Shown here one piece after another: positions 10,492 through 19,070 of a stretch of 64,000 nucleotides of DNA (position 1 is the first letter of the stretch; every line of letters begins with the position of its first letter). A program made the translations under genes and the position numbers. The notes below the pieces were generated by a model, which saw only the letters and a list, made by a program, of their open reading frames with translations, did not search any database and was not told the DNA's origin. The stretch comes from Pseudomonadales bacterium (GTDB lineage: Bacteria > Pseudomonadota > Gammaproteobacteria > Pseudomonadales > Azotimanducaceae), in assembly GCA_016763855.1 (NCBI GenBank), contig JAESSY010000021.1, positions 6,988 to 70,987 of the forward strand, in the 5' to 3' direction.

Positions 10492-11490
10492 TTACCCGAG
10501 TCGGTAAACCTTTGCAGCCGTACCGTAAAATAAATCAGCCCGCATTTCGGAAGAATAAGAATGGCTCATTTTCTTAAACGCATTCCAAAGCACATGATAA
10601 GAAACAGAATCTTTGTCAACGGGGAAATTACTTTCAAACATGCACCGCTCACATCCAAATAATGTGATGGCATGGTCATAATAACGTTGTGTTCTATCCA
10701 CTAATTGATCTGATGTTGGCGGCATATCGTTATGGTGCCAATTGAAGCCATTTATTTTCATGTTCAAACCGCCTAGTTTGAAATAAACATTATCAAGATT
10801 GGCTAGGGGTTCTACTAGTCTTTGCCACTTAAAAAAAACTGCTTCTAGGTTGTCTGCATAAGGACCAATACCAAGGGGCCCACCAAAATGGTCCAGTACA
10901 ATGGCTGTTTCGGGGAATGCTTTTGCAAGTTCAATAAATTCGGGAATTTGTTCATGATAGAACCAAGCATCAAAGCTGAGACCCAACCCAGAAAGCACCT
11001 CAAAGCCTTCTCGAAACACTGGGTCCGACATTAAATTCTTTGAGGGATTGGTATGTGAATTACGCACATCATCAGTCTCATGCCAACCTGTTGCATGTCG
11101 AATTCCTTTAAAGTGATCTGGTGCAATTTCTAGGAGGGCTTTAAGAATATTTTCAACTGATCGGCCCTGGCTGAGATCCGCATATCCAACAATTCCTTGA
11201 CAAATTTTGGAGCCTGAATTTTCTGCTGAAGTTTTAGCAATATCAAGTACAAACTCGGTTTCACCCAAGGGACGTTCAGCCTCCTTTCCTTCACTTCGAT
11301 ATTCAGAACCGCATTCCATGAACACAGTGCTGACAATGTTATGTCCAGAGGCCGTATCTTCAAGAATATCATCCAATAGATATCGGCTGGTTTCATAATC
11401 CCAAAGATGATGATGTGGATCACAAATAGGTAAGTCAGGTTCTATAATTTCTTCTTTTGTCAGTGACAACCAATCCAAATTCTGCATCAA
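10492..11490 (-). CDS. Amidohydrolase-2 family metal-dependent hydrolase
   Basis: N-terminal DPHHHLW metal-binding motif, LDHFGGP, and a TIM-barrel-sized product of 332 aa. Confidence 0.7.
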   Translation of the reverse strand: MMQNLDWLSLTKEEIIEPDLPICDPHHHLWDYETSRYLLDDILEDTASGHNIVSTVFMECGSEYRSEGKEAERPLGETEFVLDIAKTSAENSGSKICQGIVGYADLSQGRSVENILKALLEIAPDHFKGIRHATGWHETDDVRNSHTNPSKNLMSDPVFREGFEVLSGLGLSFDAWFYHEQIPEFIELAKAFPETAIVLDHFGGPLGIGPYADNLEAVFFKWQRLVEPLANLDNVYFKLGGLNMKINGFNWHHNDMPPTSDQLVDRTQRYYDHAITLFGCERCMFESNFPVDKDSVSYHVLWNAFKKMSHSYSSEMRADLFYGTAAKVYRLG

Positions 11491-11561
11491 TCAATCCTAT
11501 TGGTTTATTAAAGTTGATCATGATAGCGTAAAGCAAATTTACGCTGTGAGAAAGATAAAGA

Positions 11562-12365
11562 ATGGACTATAAGGCACTTGCTATAGATTTAGATGGCACA
11601 TTACTCGTTGGGGAGGATCTTAGCTCTGAAAACCGGGATGCTGTTCGTTTGGCCCATGAAGCTGGGTTCGAGATAATCATTGCCACCGCGAGATGGCGGC
11701 AAATGGCCGAGGGGATAGCAAAACAACTTGGCATCGAGAAACCTATCATAGCTTGTAGCGGCGCCCAAGTTTATCTTCCTCAATCTCAGGAGGACATTTT
11801 TGATCATAGACTTCCCGATACTTTCATCTCAGAATTATATGCGCTCTGCAACACTAATCGATGTATAGCAACAGTCACAACCGATACCGACGTGATATTA
11901 AAATTAGACGGCCAGCCTGATATGAATCTTTTACCGTCCGAAATGACATGGGTTCCCCAACTTGACGTCACGACACACAGAGCTGCAAGGATTGCTGCAA
12001 TACAAGGCTCTAGCGTTGTGAAAGAGATAAAAGACAAGCTCGGACCGAAGTTTAGAAATGAAGTCAATATATATGACTCAATCGGCCCTAACGGCAAACT
12101 GGTGATTACCATTACTGCGAAAGCGGCTAACAAGGGCAAGGCATTACTCGCGTGTTGTCAGCACCTAAATATCGATCCGTTGTCTGTGGTTAGCTTCGGA
12201 GATGCAGAAAATGATATCGAAATGTTCAAGGTAAGCGGTGCTTCAGTCGCAATGGGCCAAGCAGCTGACTTTATTAAAGCCGCGGCGACGACAACTTCCA
12301 GCGATAATACGGATAATGGTGTCGCTAAAGCGATTCACAGAATTCTTGATATAGGACATCCATAA
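11562..12365 (+). CDS. Cof-type HAD-IIB phosphatase
   Basis: Motif I AIDLDGTLL and motif IV GDAENDIEMF; 267 aa. Confidence 0.8.
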   Translation: MDYKALAIDLDGTLLVGEDLSSENRDAVRLAHEAGFEIIIATARWRQMAEGIAKQLGIEKPIIACSGAQVYLPQSQEDIFDHRLPDTFISELYALCNTNRCIATVTTDTDVILKLDGQPDMNLLPSEMTWVPQLDVTTHRAARIAAIQGSSVVKEIKDKLGPKFRNEVNIYDSIGPNGKLVITITAKAANKGKALLACCQHLNIDPLSVVSFGDAENDIEMFKVSGASVAMGQAADFIKAAATTTSSDNTDNGVAKAIHRILDIGHP

Positions 12366-13303
12366 TGGACGACCCGAAGATGGAACAATATTTTTTTACT
12401 TCAAGTGACGATACTATAATCAATGCTTATCGTTGGAAGCCTGAAGGTCCACCGAAGGCACTAATTCACCTATCTCATGGTATGGGGGAACATGCTGCCC
12501 GATATGATTGGACAGCCAGAAAATTAACTGAATCTGGATATCTGGTGACCGCCAACGATCACCGAGGGCACGGCAAAACTGCAGAAGTTCTAGGTGATTT
12601 TGGCGAGAACGGTTGGGCGCTAATGGTCTCGGATTTATCTGAACTGATTAAATCAAATGCAGAAGACTATCCTGATATACCTGTCGTTCTATTCGGCCAT
12701 AGCATGGGATCGATGTTAGGCGAACATTTCGTTACGCAGTTTGCTGAAGATATCGATATCCTTGTACTCTCTGGTAGCCCAGGATTTAGCCCGTCATTGC
12801 TTGGTTGGATAAGCCGCCAGCTGTGTCGTTTTGAAAATTGGCGACTTGGGCCGAGAAAAGAAAGTGCGCTTCTTAACTTTCTAATTTTTGGTGCTTCCAA
12901 TAAAAACTTTAAAACCGAAGGTGATACAGGATTTGAATGGTTAACGCGTGAGGCCAGTGAAGTTAAGCAATATATCGAAGATCCCCTTTGCGGTTTTGTT
13001 CCCTTCCCGGCGTCCCTTAGAAGTATGTTTGAAGGCGTTAAACATATGCAGGATAAAAATAGTATTCGGTGCATACCTAAATCATTACCCATCTATTTGT
13101 TTTCTGGTTCCGCAGATCCTGTTCATGGAGAGATGGCGAACATTAATCGTTTGTTAGCTGCCTGGAAAAATCAAGGTCTTGAAATCGAAACCTGTTTTTA
13201 CGAAGATGGTCGGCACGAAATGCTGAATGAAACAAACAAAGAAGAAGTCATTCAATCAGTGGTAGACTGGCTGGCGCTAAAGATTATTGGCATAAAAAAG
13301 TGA
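12365..13303 (+). CDS. Alpha/beta hydrolase, lysophospholipase / monoacylglycerol-lipase-like
   Basis: Nucleophile elbow GHSMGS and an HG oxyanion region (LSHGMGEH). Its start overlaps the stop of the preceding HAD gene (ATAATG). Confidence 0.75.
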   Translation: MDDPKMEQYFFTSSDDTIINAYRWKPEGPPKALIHLSHGMGEHAARYDWTARKLTESGYLVTANDHRGHGKTAEVLGDFGENGWALMVSDLSELIKSNAEDYPDIPVVLFGHSMGSMLGEHFVTQFAEDIDILVLSGSPGFSPSLLGWISRQLCRFENWRLGPRKESALLNFLIFGASNKNFKTEGDTGFEWLTREASEVKQYIEDPLCGFVPFPASLRSMFEGVKHMQDKNSIRCIPKSLPIYLFSGSADPVHGEMANINRLLAAWKNQGLEIETCFYEDGRHEMLNETNKEEVIQSVVDWLALKIIGIKK

Positions 13304-13313
13304 GGGTCATAAC

Positions 13314-14315
13314 ATGAATCTTAATGTTGGATTGCTCGGTGGCGGAAGTTGGGGTACTACGGTTGCTTCCCTTGTGGCTCGAAAGGCACCCATCACGATG
13401 TGGGCTAGAGATAGTAACGTGGTTGACGAAATCAATCTAAATCACACCAACAGCAAGTATCTCCCCGATGCAAAACTCTCTACAAAGCTTAAAGCTACCA
13501 ATGACCTAGAGCAAGCCGTTGCTAACATGGATGTTATTGTCGTTGGAATTCCTTCGCAAAACTTTCGAAGTGTTTTAGAAGAAGTCAAAAAATATATTCG
13601 TCCCTGGGTGCCGATTGTTAGCCTAAGCAAAGGCCTTGAACATAACACCAGTATGCGAATGACGCAGGTTGTAGATGATGTGCTACCAGGGCATCCAAGA
13701 GGTGTTCTAACAGGCCCTAATTTGGCGAAAGAAATCATGGCAGGTTATGCAGCCGCCAGTGTCATGGCGATGGAAGATCAGGTCATCGTAAAAGAGCTCC
13801 AAAAACTATTTCATAGTGGGCTATTCAGGGTGTACACCAATCACGATGTTATCGGTTGTGAACTTGGGGGCGTACTTAAGAACATTATTGCGATAGCAGC
13901 GGGGATGGGAGATGGCCAGGGCGCAGGTGATAATACACGTTCTTCTGTCATAACCCGTGGTCTTGCTGAAATAACGAGACTCGGTGTGGCGATGGGAGGC
14001 GAGGCTCAAACTTTTTCTGGTTTAACCGGAATGGGTGACTTAGTTGCAACTTGCACAAGTTCTCAAAGTCGAAACCGTACTGTGGGATTTGAACTTGGAC
14101 GAGGCAAGTCGATCGATGAAATCATTGCCAGCATGTTTATGGTTGCAGAAGGCGTTAAGAGTGCGCCCGCTGTAATGGCACTTGCGAATGAGCACAACAT
14201 ACAAATGCCCATTGCAGAAGAAGTTCATGCTGTAGTCATGGGCAAGAGTGATGCAAATAAAGCATTTAAAGGTTTGTTACGCGCGCATGTCGGTGCAGAA
14301 TCAGAACCCGGCTAG
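13314..14315 (+). CDS. gpsA: NAD(P)H-dependent glycerol-3-phosphate dehydrogenase
   Basis: Rossmann motif GGGSWGTTVA and conserved LKNIIAIAAGM and GDLVATCTS blocks. Confidence 0.9.
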   Translation: MNLNVGLLGGGSWGTTVASLVARKAPITMWARDSNVVDEINLNHTNSKYLPDAKLSTKLKATNDLEQAVANMDVIVVGIPSQNFRSVLEEVKKYIRPWVPIVSLSKGLEHNTSMRMTQVVDDVLPGHPRGVLTGPNLAKEIMAGYAAASVMAMEDQVIVKELQKLFHSGLFRVYTNHDVIGCELGGVLKNIIAIAAGMGDGQGAGDNTRSSVITRGLAEITRLGVAMGGEAQTFSGLTGMGDLVATCTSSQSRNRTVGFELGRGKSIDEIIASMFMVAEGVKSAPAVMALANEHNIQMPIAEEVHAVVMGKSDANKAFKGLLRAHVGAESEPG

Positions 14316-14353
14316 CCTAGCCTGACCACTTCTAGGTAAATATGGTCGCGGGG

Positions 14354-15916
14354 CTATGTTATCGCAGCGGCGCTCACATCTACATAACGGGTACGAATTT
14401 CACGTTTCAATATTTTTCCTGTCGCATTTCTGGGTAAAGCATCTATAAATTCTACTGACTGTGGTACTTTAAATTTGGCAAGGTTTGCCAAACAATGTGC
14501 AATGACCTCATCAGAGGAAAGGCTTCCTTCTTCCTTTAAAACAAGAACAGCCTTGCCCGTCTCACCCCATTTTTCATTTGGCACACCAATGATGGCAGCT
14601 TCCGCAATCTGAGGCAGTTGGTAAAGTACATTTTCAACTTCTGCAGGATAGACATTTTCTCCGCCAGAAATGCACATGTCTTTCCAGCGATCAACAATAT
14701 AGACAAATCCTTCTTCATCAAACTTCGCCGCATCTCCTGTTAATAACCAACCATCAACAAAAGACTTCTCTGTTTCTTCCGGGTTATTCCAATAGCCTGG
14801 TGTGATATTAGGTCCTTTGATCAGTAACTCACCGACGACACCATCTGCTACTGCATCGCCTTTGTCATCCACTATTTTTATTTCAGTATGCAGCAGCGCT
14901 TTACCCGCAGAACCTATTTTTCTCAAAGCATCAGCTGCATCAAGTCCAATTCCCCCAGGGCTCGTTTCAGTCATACCCCAGCCTTGCAGTAAGGGAATCC
15001 CTTTATCAGCCCAAGCCTGCAATATCGCTTCAGCACAGGGCGCGCCGCCTACACCTGCTGATTGTATTCTCCCTAGATCAGTTCGTTCGAAATCTTTGTG
15101 TTGCATCATAAATTGATAAGGAGCAGGTACTGCAAAGAAATGCGTGACTGCTAATGCTGGATCACCCAAAATTCCAAGGGCCTTACCTGGTTCGAAATCT
15201 CGCATCAACAATAAACAGCCACCGGCATGAAGTATCGGGTTGGCATAACAATTTAGGCCACCAGTATGAAAAAGGGGTAGCACGATCAACTGAATAGCAT
15301 CGCTACTGATTTTTGATGGAATGCCAAGATTGACACAATTATAGAAAGTCATTTCATGAGTGATTAGCGCACCCTTGGGATGCCCAGTAGTACCGGAGGT
15401 ATACATAATCATAGAGGTGTCACAATGGAAGCTTTCGACTTCACTCAATTGCTGATCGCTACTAAGTGCTTTCTCATAGGAGATAGATTCATTATCACCA
15501 CTTGGGTCACCATCGATTTCAAGACAATGTTTAATTGCGCAGGATTTAGATAATGAAGTAGCCACTTGCGTAAACGACGCATCAAATATGAGCAGGCTGG
15601 GACTGGAATCATTGAGAATGTATTCCAGTTCTTTTTCAGACAAGCGCCAGTTTAAAGGTAAACAAATCGCTCCAATTTTCGAGCACGCAAATTGTATTTC
15701 AAAAAACTCAGGCATATTGGGTAATAACAAAGCAATGCGATCACCCTTTTTTATTCCTTCGGCTTGGAACCATGCTCCGAGTTTGTGAGCTCTTAAATCT
15801 AACTGCCCATAACTCAGCTCCGACCCAGTATCCAGGTCTTTAATCGCAATTTTATTGGGGCGAATGTTTGCCTGGTGTTTGGTCCAATCATAATGTTTTA
15901 CCGACATTGACTTCAC
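14354..15916 (-). CDS. AMP-dependent acyl-CoA synthetase/ligase
   Basis: AMP-binding motif YTSGTTGHPKGA, the GWGMTE and TGD motifs, and a C-terminal lysine region (RNATGKILKRE). Confidence 0.85.
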   Translation of the reverse strand: MKSMSVKHYDWTKHQANIRPNKIAIKDLDTGSELSYGQLDLRAHKLGAWFQAEGIKKGDRIALLLPNMPEFFEIQFACSKIGAICLPLNWRLSEKELEYILNDSSPSLLIFDASFTQVATSLSKSCAIKHCLEIDGDPSGDNESISYEKALSSDQQLSEVESFHCDTSMIMYTSGTTGHPKGALITHEMTFYNCVNLGIPSKISSDAIQLIVLPLFHTGGLNCYANPILHAGGCLLLMRDFEPGKALGILGDPALAVTHFFAVPAPYQFMMQHKDFERTDLGRIQSAGVGGAPCAEAILQAWADKGIPLLQGWGMTETSPGGIGLDAADALRKIGSAGKALLHTEIKIVDDKGDAVADGVVGELLIKGPNITPGYWNNPEETEKSFVDGWLLTGDAAKFDEEGFVYIVDRWKDMCISGGENVYPAEVENVLYQLPQIAEAAIIGVPNEKWGETGKAVLVLKEEGSLSSDEVIAHCLANLAKFKVPQSVEFIDALPRNATGKILKREIRTRYVDVSAAAIT

Positions 15917-15980
15917 TACCTTCTAATTTATGGTCATTGGATATTCTTATGACAATAACAACATCATTTAGAAGGGTCAA

Positions 15981-16586
15981 TTAGCGTTCTCTTGCCGCGA
16001 TAAAAGCAGGTCGCGACATCATTCTTTTTAGATACGCCTTACAATTAGGTTTATATTTTTTATCTAGCCCTAAAGAGCTACCAAGGAAAAGCGCATAAGC
16101 CACCGCGATATCTGCAATGGTAAACTTATTAGCACAAAGAAACTCTTTTCCTTCAAGCGCCAGTTCGACTGCTTTCAATCGTGATAAATACCATTGAGAA
16201 TAGTCATCAACGACCTGTTGTAATCTGCGTTCTTCAGGTTCCAATACCGAATACCGAAGTACCAAAGTTTGAGGAAAGGTTAAGGTCGCGTCACTACGAT
16301 GCAACCAGTTTAAATATTCTCCATAAGCGGGTTCATCCACTTTTACTTTGAGATCACTTGGACCGTAAACGTCGACTAAATATTGGCATATACCTGTGGA
16401 TTCTGTTAGTACGGAATCACCATCGATAAAAGTCGGTACCGTACCCATCGGATTTATATCCAGATAACCCGCTTGGGTAAAGCGTGGTGGAAATTTCATA
16501 TTGACCAGTTCATATTCTAGGCCCAATTCTTCCAAAGCCCACAGCGGTCTTAGTGATCTAGAATCTTTACAGTGATAAAGTTTCAT
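15981..16586 (-). CDS. Glutathione S-transferase family protein
   Basis: Thioredoxin-like N-terminus (MKLYH...SRSLRPLWALEE), GTVP, and a helical C-domain. The ATG at 16586 overlaps the upstream ACAD stop as ATGA. Confidence 0.75.
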   Translation of the reverse strand: MKLYHCKDSRSLRPLWALEELGLEYELVNMKFPPRFTQAGYLDINPMGTVPTFIDGDSVLTESTGICQYLVDVYGPSDLKVKVDEPAYGEYLNWLHRSDATLTFPQTLVLRYSVLEPEERRLQQVVDDYSQWYLSRLKAVELALEGKEFLCANKFTIADIAVAYALFLGSSLGLDKKYKPNCKAYLKRMMSRPAFIAARER

Positions 16587-17707
16587 GCACATTCATCCAG
16601 TAATAATTTGGCCAACAATTGTCTATGATATTTTTCATCACCGAATTGATACTGAGACCAAATTGCTCTTCGCAGAAACAATTGAGCATCACATTCGTAA
16701 GTAAACCCAAATCCACCATGAAACTGAATACAGCGATCTCCTGCATAAGCAAAAGACTCACTTGCGAGTGCTTTGCACATATGGAGGGCTACTTCCAAGT
16801 CCCCGTCACTACTGTCACCGTCGCCAAATTGGCCCGCGGTATAGTATAGGTGGGACCTTAAAGCTTCGAGTGCTAACAAGATATCCACAGTAGGGTGCTT
16901 CAATGCCTGGTAGCTCCCAATCAGTCGATCAAACTGCTTTCGAGTATTAAGGTAATCGATTATGGTATTGAGAGTGCTCGCAAGACCACCACACATTTCA
17001 GCAGAGAGTAAAAGCAATGCTGATTGTTCAATCACTTTAAGATCTTTTAGCTTCACTAGCGCCGATGATTGTATCTTTAAGCCATTAAGGTCTAAAGAAA
17101 AGCTATTGCGTGTTTCGTCAATAACGATTTCTCGCTTAATGTTTTCTGGCGGTATCTCCTTTTGATCTATACAAATTAATACCACTTGTTTATCTAACAA
17201 TATAGAAATGATGACGATCTCAGCAACATCAAGATCCAGAACTTGAAATTTAGTCCCACTTAGGGTAATTAGCTCGCCCTCTCGTTTACCCAAGGCCTCA
17301 TTCAGATTGATATCCCATGCACCTTCTAGCTCTTGAATAGCAAGGGTTGCAATACTGCCGTTGACAATGTTGGGGAGATACTTATTTTTTAGATTTTCAT
17401 TGTCCCCGTGAACCAATACTTGAGTAGCCAATGTGCTTGCGAGAAAAGGTGAAACCATCAGATTACGGCCCATCGACTCAACAATGGGGACTACTTCTCC
17501 TAGGCCTAATCCAAGACCTGCATATTTTTCAGGAATAGATATGCCCAACCACCCTAGTTCGACCATGGCTTGCCATTGCTCTGCGTCAAATTTGTGATTT
17601 TCAATTTGATGTCGCACTGTCTCAATCGGAGAATGGCTTTGACAAAAACTCATAGCCGTATCGAGGAGCATGGATTGTTCTTCGGTAAAATTAATTTGAT
17701 TACTCAT
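16583..17707 (-). CDS. Acyl-CoA dehydrogenase family protein (smaller member of a pair)
   Basis: ACAD three-domain layout; C-terminal block QFHGGFGFTYECDAQLFLRRA. Confidence 0.8.
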   Translation of the reverse strand: MSNQINFTEEQSMLLDTAMSFCQSHSPIETVRHQIENHKFDAEQWQAMVELGWLGISIPEKYAGLGLGLGEVVPIVESMGRNLMVSPFLASTLATQVLVHGDNENLKNKYLPNIVNGSIATLAIQELEGAWDINLNEALGKREGELITLSGTKFQVLDLDVAEIVIISILLDKQVVLICIDQKEIPPENIKREIVIDETRNSFSLDLNGLKIQSSALVKLKDLKVIEQSALLLLSAEMCGGLASTLNTIIDYLNTRKQFDRLIGSYQALKHPTVDILLALEALRSHLYYTAGQFGDGDSSDGDLEVALHMCKALASESFAYAGDRCIQFHGGFGFTYECDAQLFLRRAIWSQYQFGDEKYHRQLLAKLLLDECA

Positions 17708-17771
17708 CTGTATACTCTTTTCCTATTTCGACCTTACTCATTTTTGCTCACCTTACCCATCAGTACTTTCA

Positions 17772-18974
17772 TCAACTCTTTGGCAATCCGAGAACTCGTT
17801 CACCGAGAATATTCTTTTGGACCTGGCTAGTACCACCACCGATTGTCGCCGAAAATGAATTAAAATATGATCGCTGCCAACGACCACCATCTATTGCGCT
17901 TGATCCTACATAACGACTACCATTAGCGCCTTGTAATGAAATTGCAAATTTCGTCATGCGCCTTTTGAGCTCAGAGCCACGTAATTTTCCAGACATCGCA
18001 ACAGCAGCCGGCCGTTCACCTCTGAGTGCTGGAATCCTTGACCGTGAACTCATTAGCCTATTGCTGCGATCATCCATTATCAATTGAACCAATTCATCTC
18101 TAATGAGCGGATCATCCAGAACGGGTTGACCATTGCGACGAGAATGTTTGGCTAGTTCAACGATATCGTTAACGTTTAGATCCATCATTGATAGTCCGCC
18201 AGCTTGTCCTCCTGCTGCGCCCCTTTCAAATGTGAGCGTTGCCATTGCGACACTCCAACCTTCACCTTCATTCCCCATGATACAGTCTGCGGGTATTTTG
18301 GCTTCATTAAAAAAGGTTTGGCAAAAGCCGTATTCTCCCGTTAGTTTTTTGATTGGCTGGACATCTATTCCTGCTACCTTCATTGGCGAGAGGAAGAAAC
18401 TTAAACCAGCATATTTGTTTGAGTCAGTATTAGAAGTCCTTGCAAGTAAAATCATGTATTTTGCATAAGTCGCAAGGCTGGTCCATATTTTGGACCCCGT
18501 GACAATGTAACTATCACCGTCTTTTAGTGCCTTACATTGTACATTTCCCAAATCTGAACCGTGATCTGGCTCAGAAAAACCCTGACACCAAATATCTTCT
18601 GCGTTAAGGATACCTTTGATATATTTTTGTTTATCGGCTTCCGTTCCCCTTTGCAAGATAAGCGGACCGGCCCAGTTCAATCCGATGGTATTAGGCACAA
18701 AAGGCACTCGTTGCTCAGCCATCTCTCTATTAACTATATTTTGATATTCTTGGTGCCGACCTCTGCCGCCATATTCTTCCGGCCAGGCCATGCCCAAATA
18801 CCCCGCTTCATAAACCTTTTGTTGCCAATTACGAAGAAAATCAAATTGCCTGTCAGTACCTACCTCCATAAATGTTTCTGGTAACAAAAACTCAGGATCA
18901 GCAGGTTTATTGGCCTTTAACCAATGGCTTATTTCTCTTTGGAATTCTTCCAAGTCTTTTTTACTTTCACTCAC
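17772..18974 (-). CDS. Acyl-CoA dehydrogenase family protein
   Basis: ACAD middle-domain block CQGFSEPDHGSD and C-terminal GGGTSQVQKNILGERVLGLP. Confidence 0.85.
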   Translation of the reverse strand: MSESKKDLEEFQREISHWLKANKPADPEFLLPETFMEVGTDRQFDFLRNWQQKVYEAGYLGMAWPEEYGGRGRHQEYQNIVNREMAEQRVPFVPNTIGLNWAGPLILQRGTEADKQKYIKGILNAEDIWCQGFSEPDHGSDLGNVQCKALKDGDSYIVTGSKIWTSLATYAKYMILLARTSNTDSNKYAGLSFFLSPMKVAGIDVQPIKKLTGEYGFCQTFFNEAKIPADCIMGNEGEGWSVAMATLTFERGAAGGQAGGLSMMDLNVNDIVELAKHSRRNGQPVLDDPLIRDELVQLIMDDRSNRLMSSRSRIPALRGERPAAVAMSGKLRGSELKRRMTKFAISLQGANGSRYVGSSAIDGGRWQRSYFNSFSATIGGGTSQVQKNILGERVLGLPKS

Positions 18975-19041
18975 AAACGTGTGTCCTCACTAAGATTAAA
19001 TCTAGAAAAAAAACATCTTTATTAACAATATTTGAGTATAT

Positions 19042-19070
19042 AAAAACCAAACAGAAAAGGTTTGGTTTTT
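19042..19070 (-). terminator. Rho-independent terminator after putA
   Basis: AAAAACCAAAC-agaaaag-GTTTGGTTTTT forms an 11-bp perfect stem with a 7-nt loop. On the minus strand the stem ends in a U-run, immediately after the putA stop (19069-19071). Confidence 0.6.

Noticed and set aside
12667-13092. 141-aa minus-strand ORF inside the alpha/beta hydrolase gene
   Set aside because: It is a shadow ORF opposite a frame carrying the GHSMG nucleophile elbow.
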